Notes: generated from the sequence alone by a model not told the origin. Shown: positions 54,626-64,000, counted from the first letter of the stretch. The stretch is 64,000 nt of DNA from Ruminiclostridium sp. (GCA_051882195.1 JBJERI010000034.1:252-64251), one strand, 5' to 3'. Made by a program: numbers and translations.

Positions 54626-54650
54626 AAAGAGGGGCAAAAGCCCCTTTTTT
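54626..54650 (+). terminator. Intrinsic terminator
   Basis: AAAGAGGGGC-aaaa-GCCCCTTTTTT. Confidence 0.8.
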
Positions 54651-54951
54651 CTTACACATTTCACTTTTTATCGACTTTTTTCACTTAACAAACTCAAAAA
54701 AACAGTTTATCCGACAGAAAAATTTTCTCAAAATCGACATCAAGCAATTTAAATCGACCGGTTTCCTTAAAATGCGACTAAATTTTGTAGCCTTGACTAA
54801 CCTGAGCGGATTTTATTTAGACAAAATCTGCATTGCTTTGCACCCCCAATTTCCTTATAATTATTTTAAGAAGAGAGCTTGTTTTTCATAAACCGCTTTA
54901 CAACAAAGGGGATTTGTGAGATAATAATATTACGCTCGTTACGGAGGAAAA

Positions 54952-55368
54952 ATGGGAATTAAGGAATACCTTTCGCAGCCTGTTTTGCTTGATAAGGCAA
55001 TTAACGAAGCAATGCTGGAGCTTGAAAAGCTGAAGCAGCTTGCCCTTGTGTCAAAAAGCTTTGTTACCGCTTCAAGCGGCTCGGGAAGGGTTAGTACCGT
55101 TGAGGAAACGGTGGAGAAAATCTGCCGTATGGAGGAAAAAATCAACCGCACTATCGACCGCTACGTTGACACAAAGGCAGAGGTGGAACAGCTTATAGAC
55201 AAGCTGCCCTCAATGGAACAGCGCACCCTGCTGAAATACCACTACATTCTTGGTCACACCTGGGAGCAGGTGTCGGAGGAATGTTACATAAGCATAAGAA
55301 ACGTTCATTACATACACGGAAAGGCGCTGGGAATACTCAGCGGAATGGCGGAGGGAATTACCGCATAA
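54952..55368 (+). CDS. Sigma-70 region-4-like HTH protein (phage late-regulator / DUF1492-like)
   Basis: 138 aa. The C-terminal MEQRTLLKYHYILGHTWEQVSEECYISIRNVHYIHGKAL is an r4-type HTH and the N-terminus is helical. GGAGGA SD upstream. Confidence 0.65.
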   Translation: MGIKEYLSQPVLLDKAINEAMLELEKLKQLALVSKSFVTASSGSGRVSTVEETVEKICRMEEKINRTIDRYVDTKAEVEQLIDKLPSMEQRTLLKYHYILGHTWEQVSEECYISIRNVHYIHGKALGILSGMAEGITA

Positions 55369-55396
55369 GCCTTTCCGTTTCGGGAAAGGCAAGGCA

Positions 55397-58300
55397 ATGA
55401 CTGAATTTATAATCGGCAAGGAAAAGGCGGACAAAACCGCTGAAATTTTCCGCAGGATAAACGAAAAAGCGGAGGGCAGAGAAGCTCTGCTTATTGTCCC
55501 CGACCAGTTTTCCTTTGATACGGAAATAGCCCTTTACAAAAGGGTGAAAAAGGAAAAGCTTATAGACATAACCGTTACTTCCTTTTCAAAGCTGTCCGAA
55601 AAAATAATCGGGCTTTATTCTGTCAAGGGAGAATATGCGGACGATATTGTCAAAAAAATGATGATGTTCAGAACGCTGAACGACCTTAAAGGCAATTTTG
55701 AGTTCTACCAGCGGCACATAAGAAAGCCCGAATTTCCTGCCTTTATGCTTGATGTGATTTCAACGCTTAAGTCGGGTGGAATTGCCCCCGGCGACCTTAA
55801 AAGGCTGCTGGACAGCGGAAAGGAAATGCCAAAATCCCTTCACGATAAGCTTTCCGACATTTTCGTTATCTACAAGGAATATTCCGAAAGCTTAGGCAAA
55901 AGCTTTTCTGACAGGCTGGACGATGTTATGAAAGCAGCCCGTCTTGCAGAGGAAAACGGCTTTTTCTCGGATAAGGACGTTTATTTTTACAGCTTTGAGG
56001 AGTTTTCGGGCAATCAGCTTGCCTTTGTGAAAACCTCCATTGAAACGGCGGAAAACTCCGTTATCACTCTTACCACCGACTGCGCCCACAGCAGGGAGCA
56101 GCGCTTTTTCGCCGCAAACAAGCTTCTTGCAAGGCTGTTTACCTATGCGGGAAAATACAAGGTGACCGTTGTTCCCGAAACAATGCCCGAAGCGGAGGAA
56201 ACCACCGTTGTCCGTGCAGGAAATATGTACAGCGAATGTAAATGGATAGCCGCCAAAATAAACAGCCTTGTCACCGAAAAGGGTTACAGATACAAGGATA
56301 TTGCCGTTCTTTGCGGCAATGGCGAATACCCAGTAATACTGGAAAGTCAGCTTAAAAAATACAACGTGCCCGCTTTCCTTGACATTCCCGTAAGCATTAT
56401 TGAAAAGCCTCTTGCACGTTTTGCCCTTTTTGTGCTGGACGCACTTTCTCTTGAAACAGACGCAATATTGCGGTACATAAAAACAGGCTTTGTCTATATT
56501 ACTGTGAAAAGAAAGCGTGTAAAGCTTACAAGGCGGCAGATAAATCTCCTTGAAAGCTTTGCAAGAAAATGGAACGTTACCGCAAGGGAATGGGCAAGAC
56601 CTTTCCCGAAAAATAAGGAAACCGAAGCTGTTGAGGAGCTGCGGAAACAGATTGTAAAGCCACTTACAGAGCTGAAAAAGCGCATTGAGGGTCAGACGGG
56701 GGACGTTATAACAAGGGAGCTTTGCTCATTCCTTATGGACGAGGACAAAATGAACATTGAAAGCTCTATAATGGGACTTTGCAAGACGAATTTTGAGCAG
56801 TCCTCGGACGAGTTGGTTACAGACGAGAAAAAGGTGGAGGAGTACCGCCAGCTTTGGAGCAAGATAGTCTCCGTTTTCGAGTCGGCTTATGCGGCGCTGG
56901 AGGGTTACAAAATGGACCTTTCCGCTTACAGAAAGCTGCTTGGGGAAATTTTCGGTCAGACCACCATTGCAAAGCCGCCCCAGTTTATCGACACGGTAAC
57001 GGTGGGGGACATTGAAAGAACCCGTACCGCCGCTCCCAAAATTGTCTTTATCTGCGGCGTAAACGAGGGAATTATTCCTGCCGCTGTTAAGCCAAAGGGG
57101 GCATTTTCTGCGGCTGAAACGGAGTTTCTCCTGTCGGAAAGGCTGTCTGTTGGAAAGGACAGGACAGACCGCTTTTCGTCGGAGCTGCTCCATACAAGCA
57201 AGGCGGTAAGGCTGCCGTCGGAAAAGCTGTTTTTGTCCTATTCGGTGTGGGATTTAAGCGGCAATCCCCTTGAACAAAGCCATATTTTAAAGGAAATCGA
57301 GGGCAGCAGGATTATTGCCGAGGAGCAGCCCCCGGAGTTTTACTGCCGCACGGAAGCAAGCGTCAAGGAACAGCTTGCGGCGGACTACTGCGGCAACTTT
57401 GAGGAGCGTGAGGCTCTTATGGAAGCGGTGGAGGACGAGGAGTACAAGGCAAGGCTTGAAGCGGCTTTTGTGAAATCGGGAACAGAGGGCTATAAGCACG
57501 GCATTGCTCAAAGCGAAAGGGAAATGCTGAAATATTTACCAAGAGAAACCTATTCCCCCTCCGCAATAGAAACCCTTGACAGCTGCCGCTACCGTTATTT
57601 CTGCAAATATGTACTGCGGCTTTCCGAGGAGGGCGAAAAGGGTCTTGACCCTATTTCCAAGGGCAATATTATACACAGCGTAATGGAAACCGTGCTGAAA
57701 ATATACGCAGAGGAAACCGAGCAATACCGTGAAAAGGGCGGCGAGGAAAAGCCCCTGTTTGACCAAACAAGAATAGCTGCACTTTGCAGAGAAGCGGCAG
57801 ACCGCTATATAAGCGAGGAGCTTATGGGGGATTTCGGCAGCGACAAAAGGTTTACCGTACTGCTTGACGGCGTTGTCCGCACGGCGGAAAAGCTGGTTAA
57901 GCACACCATTGCAGACTTTGAAGCAAGCAGATTCAGACCTGCTCAGTTTGAACGGCAGGTAAGCTTTGATATACCCAAAACAAAAGACAGCGACCCCGAA
58001 ATAAGGGTTGAGGGCAAGCTTGACCGACTGGACGTGCTGACGGACGAAAACGGACAGGAATATTACCGGGTTGCCGACTACAAGACGGGGGGCACTACAA
58101 TGAAGGTGGGCTGTCTTGAATACGGCAGAAACGTGCAGATGCTTCTTTACCTTAACGCAATCTGCGAGGAAATGGGCGGTATTCCCTCGGGAGCTTTCTA
58201 TTTCCCCTCAAGCGATGAAAAGACCCTTAACGCCGCAAGCGCCTTTGAGGGAATGACCATTGAGGGGGGTAAGCTGAAATTTCCCGAGAATATGAGCGAG

Positions 58301-58813
58301 ACTGACAAAAAGGCAATTCTTGGCACTCTTGAAAGGGAGAGAAAAAGCCTTGACGACAAGCAGTGGGTAACAAATCATATTCCCTCGGGAATACAGGTGG
58401 TTTACAGCGTTACCGAGGAGGGAAACACAATTATCGACCCCGCAACAGAGGATATTTCATCTCTTGAAAACAGATACCGTGGAATGATTTCTTCGGGGGG
58501 CAAGCTGTCAAGAGCTTCCGTTATGAGCAAGGAGGAGTTTCTCCACGACGAATACGCACGGCTTATCAGCCACATTGAAAGTACCGTTCGCAAAAACATA
58601 ACCGAGGTAAACGGCGGCAGCTTTGACGCAATGAAGTACACCGCCGACAACGACAAGGACAACGAATGCCGCTACTGCGAGTTTAAGGCATTCTGCGGCG
58701 GCACGGACAGATATGTGCTTATGGATATGAAGAAAATCGAGGAAACCACAGGCAGAAAAGAACGGATTTCCGATAAGCCAAAGGGCAAAAAGAGCGGAAA
58801 GGGGGATAAGTAA
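55397..58813 (+). CDS. addB: Helicase-nuclease AddB (RexB) subunit
   Basis: 1138 aa. The C-terminal RecB-like nuclease has Fe-S cysteines (CRYRYFC ... CRYCEFKAFC) and DYKTG. It lies immediately upstream of addA. Confidence 0.92.
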   Translation: MTEFIIGKEKADKTAEIFRRINEKAEGREALLIVPDQFSFDTEIALYKRVKKEKLIDITVTSFSKLSEKIIGLYSVKGEYADDIVKKMMMFRTLNDLKGNFEFYQRHIRKPEFPAFMLDVISTLKSGGIAPGDLKRLLDSGKEMPKSLHDKLSDIFVIYKEYSESLGKSFSDRLDDVMKAARLAEENGFFSDKDVYFYSFEEFSGNQLAFVKTSIETAENSVITLTTDCAHSREQRFFAANKLLARLFTYAGKYKVTVVPETMPEAEETTVVRAGNMYSECKWIAAKINSLVTEKGYRYKDIAVLCGNGEYPVILESQLKKYNVPAFLDIPVSIIEKPLARFALFVLDALSLETDAILRYIKTGFVYITVKRKRVKLTRRQINLLESFARKWNVTAREWARPFPKNKETEAVEELRKQIVKPLTELKKRIEGQTGDVITRELCSFLMDEDKMNIESSIMGLCKTNFEQSSDELVTDEKKVEEYRQLWSKIVSVFESAYAALEGYKMDLSAYRKLLGEIFGQTTIAKPPQFIDTVTVGDIERTRTAAPKIVFICGVNEGIIPAAVKPKGAFSAAETEFLLSERLSVGKDRTDRFSSELLHTSKAVRLPSEKLFLSYSVWDLSGNPLEQSHILKEIEGSRIIAEEQPPEFYCRTEASVKEQLAADYCGNFEEREALMEAVEDEEYKARLEAAFVKSGTEGYKHGIAQSEREMLKYLPRETYSPSAIETLDSCRYRYFCKYVLRLSEEGEKGLDPISKGNIIHSVMETVLKIYAEETEQYREKGGEEKPLFDQTRIAALCREAADRYISEELMGDFGSDKRFTVLLDGVVRTAEKLVKHTIADFEASRFRPAQFERQVSFDIPKTKDSDPEIRVEGKLDRLDVLTDENGQEYYRVADYKTGGTTMKVGCLEYGRNVQMLLYLNAICEEMGGIPSGAFYFPSSDEKTLNAASAFEGMTIEGGKLKFPENMSETDKKAILGTLERERKSLDDKQWVTNHIPSGIQVVYSVTEEGNTIIDPATEDISSLENRYRGMISSGGKLSRASVMSKEEFLHDEYARLISHIESTVRKNITEVNGGSFDAMKYTADNDKDNECRYCEFKAFCGGTDRYVLMDMKKIEETTGRKERISDKPKGKKSGKGDK

Positions 58814-58818
58814 CAGCT

Positions 58819-61800
58819 ATGGAATGGAGAGAAAAACAGCTTCGTGCCATTGAATTTAAGGGCAGAAACGCCATTGTTTCGGCGGCGGCAGGCAGCGGCA
58901 AAACCGCCGTACTTGTTGAAAGAGTAATCCGCCTTATTTCCGACGAGGAAAGCCCTGTGCCTGCTGACAGCCTTGTAATCGCTACCTTTACACGAAAGGC
59001 GGCGGAGGAAATGAGAGTGCGCCTTTCGCAGTCCCTTGAAAAAAAGCTTGCAAAGGAAAAGGACAACGACTACCTCCGCAGTCAGCTTATCGCTCTTGAG
59101 GACGCTCACATTTCCACAATAAGCTCCTTTTGCCTTGATTTGCTGAAGGAAAACGCAGGTCTTGCGGAAATTGCTCCGGGCTTTTCCGTAATGGACGAAT
59201 CGGAGGCGGCGCTTCTTCGTGAGGAGGCAATGAGGCAGACCCTTGAAAGCATTTACGCAGACAGAAAAAACAACAGGGAGATTATTTCCTGGTACTGCGG
59301 CACAAGGGATAACGCTCTTTCCGAGGGAATATATCAGCTTTTTGAGGCTACAAGAAACATTCCCGACGGAAAAGGCTGGCTTATGGAGCAGGAGCGCTGT
59401 TACAGCGGCGGATTTACCGATTTTGTGCGGTCAGAGGACGAAAGGGCGGCTGGGCTTATAAGGCTTGCCCTTGAAAGCATTTCGAATATTGATACAAAAG
59501 AGCTTACGGAAGCCGCCGCAGGCGCAATTACGGCGGCAAAAGCCTATATAGAGCGCTGGAACGGCATAAAGGGCTATTCAAAAAAGGAAAGCAGCGGCGC
59601 AGTTTACGCTCTCATAAGCGAGGGAATACCACCGAAAAAGCCGCTGAAAGACCCCGTTGTCAAGGCGGAACGTGACCTTGCCTATGATTATCTGAAAAGT
59701 GCGCTTGATATAATTCAGCTATCGGCAAGCGCAGATAACGACGCTAAGCTGTGCGGAAAGGTACTCCACGGACTTATTAAGGCGGAGCAGCTTTTCGAGC
59801 AGATTTTAGCAGGCTTAAAGCGTGACAAAAATGCCGTTGATTTCAGCGACATTGAGCTTATGACCTACGGTCTGCTTACAGACGGAAATGGCGGCAAATC
59901 ACCTCTTGCAGAGGAGCTTTCGGATCGTTTCAGCTATATTATCGTTGATGAATTTCAGGACAGCAACCGACTTCAGTACGAGATTTTCCGCCTTATTTCA
60001 AAGGGAAATAACCTGTACTTTGTGGGAGATATAAAGCAGTCAATCTACAAATTCAGAGGAGCAGATCCCCTTGTTTTTGCAAGGCTGTTAAAAAATCCCG
60101 ACTTTGAAGCTCTGCTATTAAACGAGAATTTCCGCTCAAACGGCTGTGTGGTAAATGCAGTAAACGGCGTTTTCGAGGGGCTTATGACCGAAAGCTTAGG
60201 GGATACAAACTATGACGAAAGCGCAAGGCTTGTAAAGGGCAACACCGCAATTTACAACGAGAAAACCGAAACCGAAGAAAATACGGCGGAGCTTGTGGTG
60301 ATTGAATCCTCAATGGGCGGCGATACCGAAGCGGTGTACGTTGCGGAGCGTATCAGCGAAATGCTGAAAAGGGGCTTCCTTGTAACGGAAAAGGACGGCA
60401 GCAGACGAAAATGCACCTACAAGGATTTCGCAATACTTATGCGCTCGGGAGTTGCAACCTCGGGAAAGGTTTTCAGCGAGGAGCTGAAAAATCGGGGTAT
60501 TCCCGTTAAAACCAAAAAGGAATCGGGCTTTACCGACCGCAGAGAAATAATGCTTATGGTGGATTTGCTGACCATTATAGACAATCCCTATAAGAATATT
60601 GCAATGGCGGACGTGCTGCTTTCGCCCCTGTACAATTTCTCCGACGGCAAGCTTGCAATGCTCCGCAGAATGAAAAACGAAAAGGGGCAGGTTTACGAAT
60701 ATCTTTACGACGCAGTAACGGCGCTGAAGGATACCGACAGTCAGTGCGGCAAATTCTGCCGTGATTTAAGCGAGCTGCGCACCTATATGGCGAACAACTC
60801 GGTGGAAGGTCTTGTGCGGCATATTCTTGACGATACGGAGCTTATTCCCCTTATGTCCGCTTCGGAAAATGGGAATATCAAGGCGGCAAATTTACGGCTG
60901 CATTTACAGTATGTAAAGCTGTTTTCAAGGTCGGACGGAAGTCTTTCCGACTACATTCGCTACATCAACGATATGCGGAAAAACAATGTGGCGCTTACCG
61001 AGGCGGATTCCGCAGACGGAGAGGAAAACGCAGTTTCAATACTTACCGTCCATGCCTCAAAGGGTCTTGAATACCCCATTGTTTTCATGGTGAAAAATCA
61101 GAACAGGATAAATTTCAGCGACAGCTACGGAGCGCTGCTTGCGGACAACAACGACGGAATAGGAATGACGGTTATTGACAGGGACAGAATGGTAACAACG
61201 GATACCTTGTTCCACACCCATATTGCCCGGTGCAGAAAAAACGGCGAGCGCAGCCAAAGTCTGCGCCTGCTTTACGTTGCAATGACAAGAGCGAGAGAAA
61301 AGCTGATTATGACCGCCGCTTTAAAGCCGCCTGCAAAGGAGGACGGGGAGCATTTTGTTCCCCCCGAGGATTGCTGGCTGAAATGGCTTATGGACAGCGG
61401 CTCGGTGAAAAACGGGGCAATAAGGCTTGCTAAGCTTACGGACGAGGATATTGAAACAAACACGGACATTGCCAAAGAGGAAGAAACCGCCACCGACTAT
61501 ACGGGACTTTCCGATAAAATAAAGGCAAATCTCAGCCGCACCTACGCTTTTGAGGAAATAACGAAAATTCCTGCAAAGGTAACGGTTTCGGAGGTAGGCA
61601 TAGAGGACTTTGCGCCCAAAACCGAAAGCGGCAAGGACAAAGGCGGCGTAAAGCTGTTTATCCGCAAGCCAAGCTTTATCGGGAAAAGCGACGAAATGAC
61701 AGGCAAGGAGCGAGGCGACGCCTACCACAAGGTATTGGAGCTTATAAGCTGGGACAAAAATGCGGAAAGCGCCGAGGTTCAGCTTAAAGCCTTTCTTGAC

Positions 61801-62205
61801 AGCGGAAAAATTACCGAAAGTGAATTTGACTGCGTAAAGGCGGAGGACGTGCAGAAATTTCTGGATTCACCTCTTGGGGAGCGTATCAGAAACAGCGGAA
61901 TTCTGCGGCGTGAACAGCCCCTTTTCACCGAAATTGAGCCGAAAGCGGTGGGTTTTGACGTGGAAAGCGAGGACAAGCCCTTTGTACAAGGCATTGCGGA
62001 TATGTTCTTCGCAGAAGATGACGGAATAGTGCTGGTTGACTACAAAACCAACGTAAATGTTACGGAGGAGGACTTGTACAGCGAGTATTTCGGACAGCTT
62101 GACATTTACGCTAAGGCAATTTCCGAAATGACGGGAATGAGGGTCAAGGAACGGCTTATATGGTCGGTTTACCTTGGAAAAACGGTTGATATTATGCCGA
62201 AATAA
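58819..62205 (+). CDS. addA: Helicase-nuclease AddA subunit (UvrD-like helicase + RecB nuclease)
   Basis: 1128 aa with AAAGSGKT, VDEFQDSN and a C-terminal nuclease (GIADMFF...VLVDYKTN). Confidence 0.94.
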   Translation: MEWREKQLRAIEFKGRNAIVSAAAGSGKTAVLVERVIRLISDEESPVPADSLVIATFTRKAAEEMRVRLSQSLEKKLAKEKDNDYLRSQLIALEDAHISTISSFCLDLLKENAGLAEIAPGFSVMDESEAALLREEAMRQTLESIYADRKNNREIISWYCGTRDNALSEGIYQLFEATRNIPDGKGWLMEQERCYSGGFTDFVRSEDERAAGLIRLALESISNIDTKELTEAAAGAITAAKAYIERWNGIKGYSKKESSGAVYALISEGIPPKKPLKDPVVKAERDLAYDYLKSALDIIQLSASADNDAKLCGKVLHGLIKAEQLFEQILAGLKRDKNAVDFSDIELMTYGLLTDGNGGKSPLAEELSDRFSYIIVDEFQDSNRLQYEIFRLISKGNNLYFVGDIKQSIYKFRGADPLVFARLLKNPDFEALLLNENFRSNGCVVNAVNGVFEGLMTESLGDTNYDESARLVKGNTAIYNEKTETEENTAELVVIESSMGGDTEAVYVAERISEMLKRGFLVTEKDGSRRKCTYKDFAILMRSGVATSGKVFSEELKNRGIPVKTKKESGFTDRREIMLMVDLLTIIDNPYKNIAMADVLLSPLYNFSDGKLAMLRRMKNEKGQVYEYLYDAVTALKDTDSQCGKFCRDLSELRTYMANNSVEGLVRHILDDTELIPLMSASENGNIKAANLRLHLQYVKLFSRSDGSLSDYIRYINDMRKNNVALTEADSADGEENAVSILTVHASKGLEYPIVFMVKNQNRINFSDSYGALLADNNDGIGMTVIDRDRMVTTDTLFHTHIARCRKNGERSQSLRLLYVAMTRAREKLIMTAALKPPAKEDGEHFVPPEDCWLKWLMDSGSVKNGAIRLAKLTDEDIETNTDIAKEEETATDYTGLSDKIKANLSRTYAFEEITKIPAKVTVSEVGIEDFAPKTESGKDKGGVKLFIRKPSFIGKSDEMTGKERGDAYHKVLELISWDKNAESAEVQLKAFLDSGKITESEFDCVKAEDVQKFLDSPLGERIRNSGILRREQPLFTEIEPKAVGFDVESEDKPFVQGIADMFFAEDDGIVLVDYKTNVNVTEEDLYSEYFGQLDIYAKAISEMTGMRVKERLIWSVYLGKTVDIMPK

Positions 62206-62206
62206 T

Positions 62207-62243
62207 AAAAAATGCTCGGGCATTAAACGCCTGAGCATTTTCA
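62207..62243 (+). terminator. Hairpin terminator after addA
   Basis: AATGCTCGGGC-attaaac-GCCTGAGCATT followed by TTTC. Confidence 0.6.
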
Positions 62244-62253
62244 ATTATCCATT

Positions 62254-62295
62254 GTTAACTGTTAACTATTAACTGTTAACTATTAACTATTAACT
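62254..62295. repeat. Six tandem RTTAACT heptamers
   Basis: GTTAACT GTTAACT ATTAACT GTTAACT ATTAACT ATTAACT. The last copy contains the stop codon of the minus-strand peptidase gene. Confidence 0.85.
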
Positions 62296-63360
62296 GTCAA
62301 TTACCGTAAGCTCCTTGCTTGCCTTATTCAGCACCTCGCAGCCGTCCTCCGTAACAATTACAAGGTCCTCAATTCTCACGCCGAATTCACCCGGCAGATA
62401 AATTCCCGGCTCAACGGAAAACGCCATTCCCGGCTGAATGACTACGTTGCTTGCGCCGCTTACATCGGGGGGCTCGTGGCAGTCAAGACCGATTCCGTGG
62501 CCTAAACGGTGGGTGAAATATTTTCCGTAGCCGCCCTCGGTAATAATATCACGGGCGATTTTGTCAATGTCGGACAATAACATACCCGGCTTTATCAGCT
62601 TTTCGGCAGTTTCGTTGGCACGCCTTACAAGCTCATACACCTCACGCTGTTTTGGGGAAACCTCTTTGAAGAAAACCGTCCTTGTCATATCGCACCAGTA
62701 GCGGTTGATTGGGATAAATATATCGAAGGTTGCGCTGTCCCCTGCCTTTATAACGGTGGAATCCCCGTCGTGATGAGGGTCTGCGCCGTTTGCGCCGAAG
62801 CATACAAGCTGTGTGCCCTCGCAGTCAGCGCCGTTTTCAAGGTAAAGCTGATTAACTCTTGCGGCAAGCTCATTTTCATGCTTGCCCTCCTTAAGCTCCC
62901 CGATTATGGTTTTGACTACCATATCGTTTATTGCGGAACTCCTGCGGAGCGCCTCAACTTCCGCCTTATCCTTTATCATTCGTGCAATATCCACAGGCGC
63001 AGAGCCAAGCACGGGCTTTACGTCCGGGCGCAGCTCCATTAAGCCGATAAGGAACTTGCTTGACCAGAACTTGTCAATGCCCAGTTTTCCGCCCTTTACC
63101 CTTTCCGCAAGCTGTTTTACGGGGTTGTCGCTGTCGGTGTGGGTATAAAGTGGGATTTCCTGCTCGGTAATGCCGAAAATTTCATTGCCGAAAAGCATTG
63201 CCTTTCCGTCAGCGTCAAGGTACAATGCAATCATTCGCTCGTGGGGCGCAATCCACAGTCCCGTTAAATAATACAGCGAGGTTGTGGAACTGACAATAAT
63301 CTGCTCCAGTCCCTCTTTTTTCATATTTTCCGTAACACGGGCAATTCTTTCCTTGTTCAT
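62290..63360 (-). CDS. pepP: M24-family Xaa-Pro peptidase
   Basis: 356 aa with metal ligand contexts (HRLGHGIGLDCHEPP, VEPGIY, RIEDLV). Confidence 0.9.
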   Translation of the reverse strand: MNKERIARVTENMKKEGLEQIIVSSTTSLYYLTGLWIAPHERMIALYLDADGKAMLFGNEIFGITEQEIPLYTHTDSDNPVKQLAERVKGGKLGIDKFWSSKFLIGLMELRPDVKPVLGSAPVDIARMIKDKAEVEALRRSSAINDMVVKTIIGELKEGKHENELAARVNQLYLENGADCEGTQLVCFGANGADPHHDGDSTVIKAGDSATFDIFIPINRYWCDMTRTVFFKEVSPKQREVYELVRRANETAEKLIKPGMLLSDIDKIARDIITEGGYGKYFTHRLGHGIGLDCHEPPDVSGASNVVIQPGMAFSVEPGIYLPGEFGVRIEDLVIVTEDGCEVLNKASKELTVIDS

Positions 63361-63369
63361 AACGTCACC

Positions 63370-63711
63370 TTACTTTGCCATTACGCATACGATTGTACAG
63401 GGCTTGTCCGTGCGGTTTTCGCACCAATGCTTTTCGCCCTTTGGAATAAGGGTTGCTTCTCCTGCCTTGCAGACTTTCTTGCAGTCGCCGCTTTCGGTAT
63501 AAACCTCTCCCGAAACAAACACGCTGTATTCGTCAGCGTCATGGCAGCTGAAGCCGTCCCCTTGCGGTACTCTGATACCGGGGAGCAGATTTATAACGCT
63601 TATGTCAATGTTAGTGTACTTGCCCTCAATGTTCCACAGCTTCATCATTTCGTAAAGGGGAAGACCTGTTTTAGGGGTGGAGTTAATGTCTATTTTCTGC
63701 ATTGAAAACAC
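63370..63711 (-). CDS. Cupin-domain protein
   Basis: 113 aa with a cupin-like GxxxxHxH...E / G..H pattern (CHDADEYSVFVSGE ... IPKGEKHW). The start is uncertain (ATG at 63711 or 63702). Confidence 0.7.
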   Translation of the reverse strand: MFSMQKIDINSTPKTGLPLYEMMKLWNIEGKYTNIDISVINLLPGIRVPQGDGFSCHDADEYSVFVSGEVYTESGDCKKVCKAGEATLIPKGEKHWCENRTDKPCTIVCVMAK

Positions 63712-63737
63712 TTTCTTTCTGTTTAGATTTATTCTTT

Positions 63738-63990
63738 GTTCGTCTGAAAACGTGCCACCGGCACGTTTTCAGAGGATTTTGTGGTGGAGATTATTCAGTT
63801 TTGGGGGAGATTTTTTCTTGAAAAATCTCCCCCAAACCCTTGCAAAAATCGCCTTAATAAAGAGAGTTTCGTCCTCTGCGGAGGACGACTTAGGGCGTTG
63901 CCCTAAGAACCTACCTTGCGTTTTCGCCAAAGGCGAAAACATTAGCCTCTTGAAAAGGCTTGAGCGAAACTTTTTATTCCTTGGCAAAGA
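63738..63990. repeat. Cluster of at least five consecutive perfect short hairpins at the window edge
   Basis: CTGAAAACGTGCC-accg-GCACGTTTTCAG; GGGGGAGATTTTT-tcttg-AAAAATCTCCCCC; CGTCCTC-tgcg-GAGGACG; TTAGGGC-gtt-GCCCTAA; GTTTTCGCC-aaa-GGCGAAAAC. Confidence 0.5.
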
Positions 63991-64000
63991 ATATAAGATG

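Noticed and set aside
63769-63987. 72-aa minus-strand ORF at the window end
   Set aside because: It is composed of translated perfect hairpins, has no SD, and has a basic low-complexity composition.

Overview
The window looks like a Firmicutes/Clostridia chromosomal segment, judged from gene content: SCIFF peptide, AddAB, T-box and ECF transporter. No organism call is possible without a search. Order along the window: (1) a complete type I-C CRISPR-Cas locus on the minus strand, with the array at 1-352 running off the window edge, then cas2-cas1-cas4-cas7-cas8c-cas5c-cas3, plus a probable nested cas11c. (2) A Leu T-box controlled ilvB-ilvN-leuC-(Dabb)-leuD-leuB operon. (3) An untracked 47-aa SCIFF six-cysteine precursor with its radical SAM/SPASM maturase. 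(4) htrA, folA-thyA and aspartate kinase. (5) Two c-di-GMP proteins with degenerate GGDEF motifs, tRNA-Pro(GGG) and a CDP-alcohol phosphatidyltransferase. (6) A hybrid histidine kinase that appears internally deleted. (7) A Y-family polymerase with a YolD-like partner. (8) Two surface proteins of unknown function. (9) An ECF transporter operon led by a membrane-anchored alpha-toroid + DUF4430-like protein. (10) GH130, rhamnulokinase, aldolase, SOD, tRNA-Arg(CCU) and an AI-2E permease. (11) pheS and pheT split by an AT-rich two-gene restriction-modification module. (12) A lipoprotein, an ABC-F ATPase, an orphan phage-type sigma-r4-like regulator, addB-addA, an M24 peptidase and a cupin. The least explained content is non-coding. 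A family of hairpin-chain foldback repeats is built from GGGGGC-N5-GCCCCC hairpins. It has two large copies (30611-31609 and 39824-40345) and solo arms (14133-14209, 26929-27045). The large copies carry a conserved ~110-nt three-hairpin core with compensatory substitutions and mutually exclusive pairings. No transposase and no conserved ORF is associated. Other unexplained repeats are a 3 x ~100-nt tandem array (24398-24690), a 236-bp unit flanked by direct repeats after sod, a 97-nt nested palindrome, and a GTTAACT-type heptamer array. All calls come from reading the sequence and ORF translations by eye; no database search was run.
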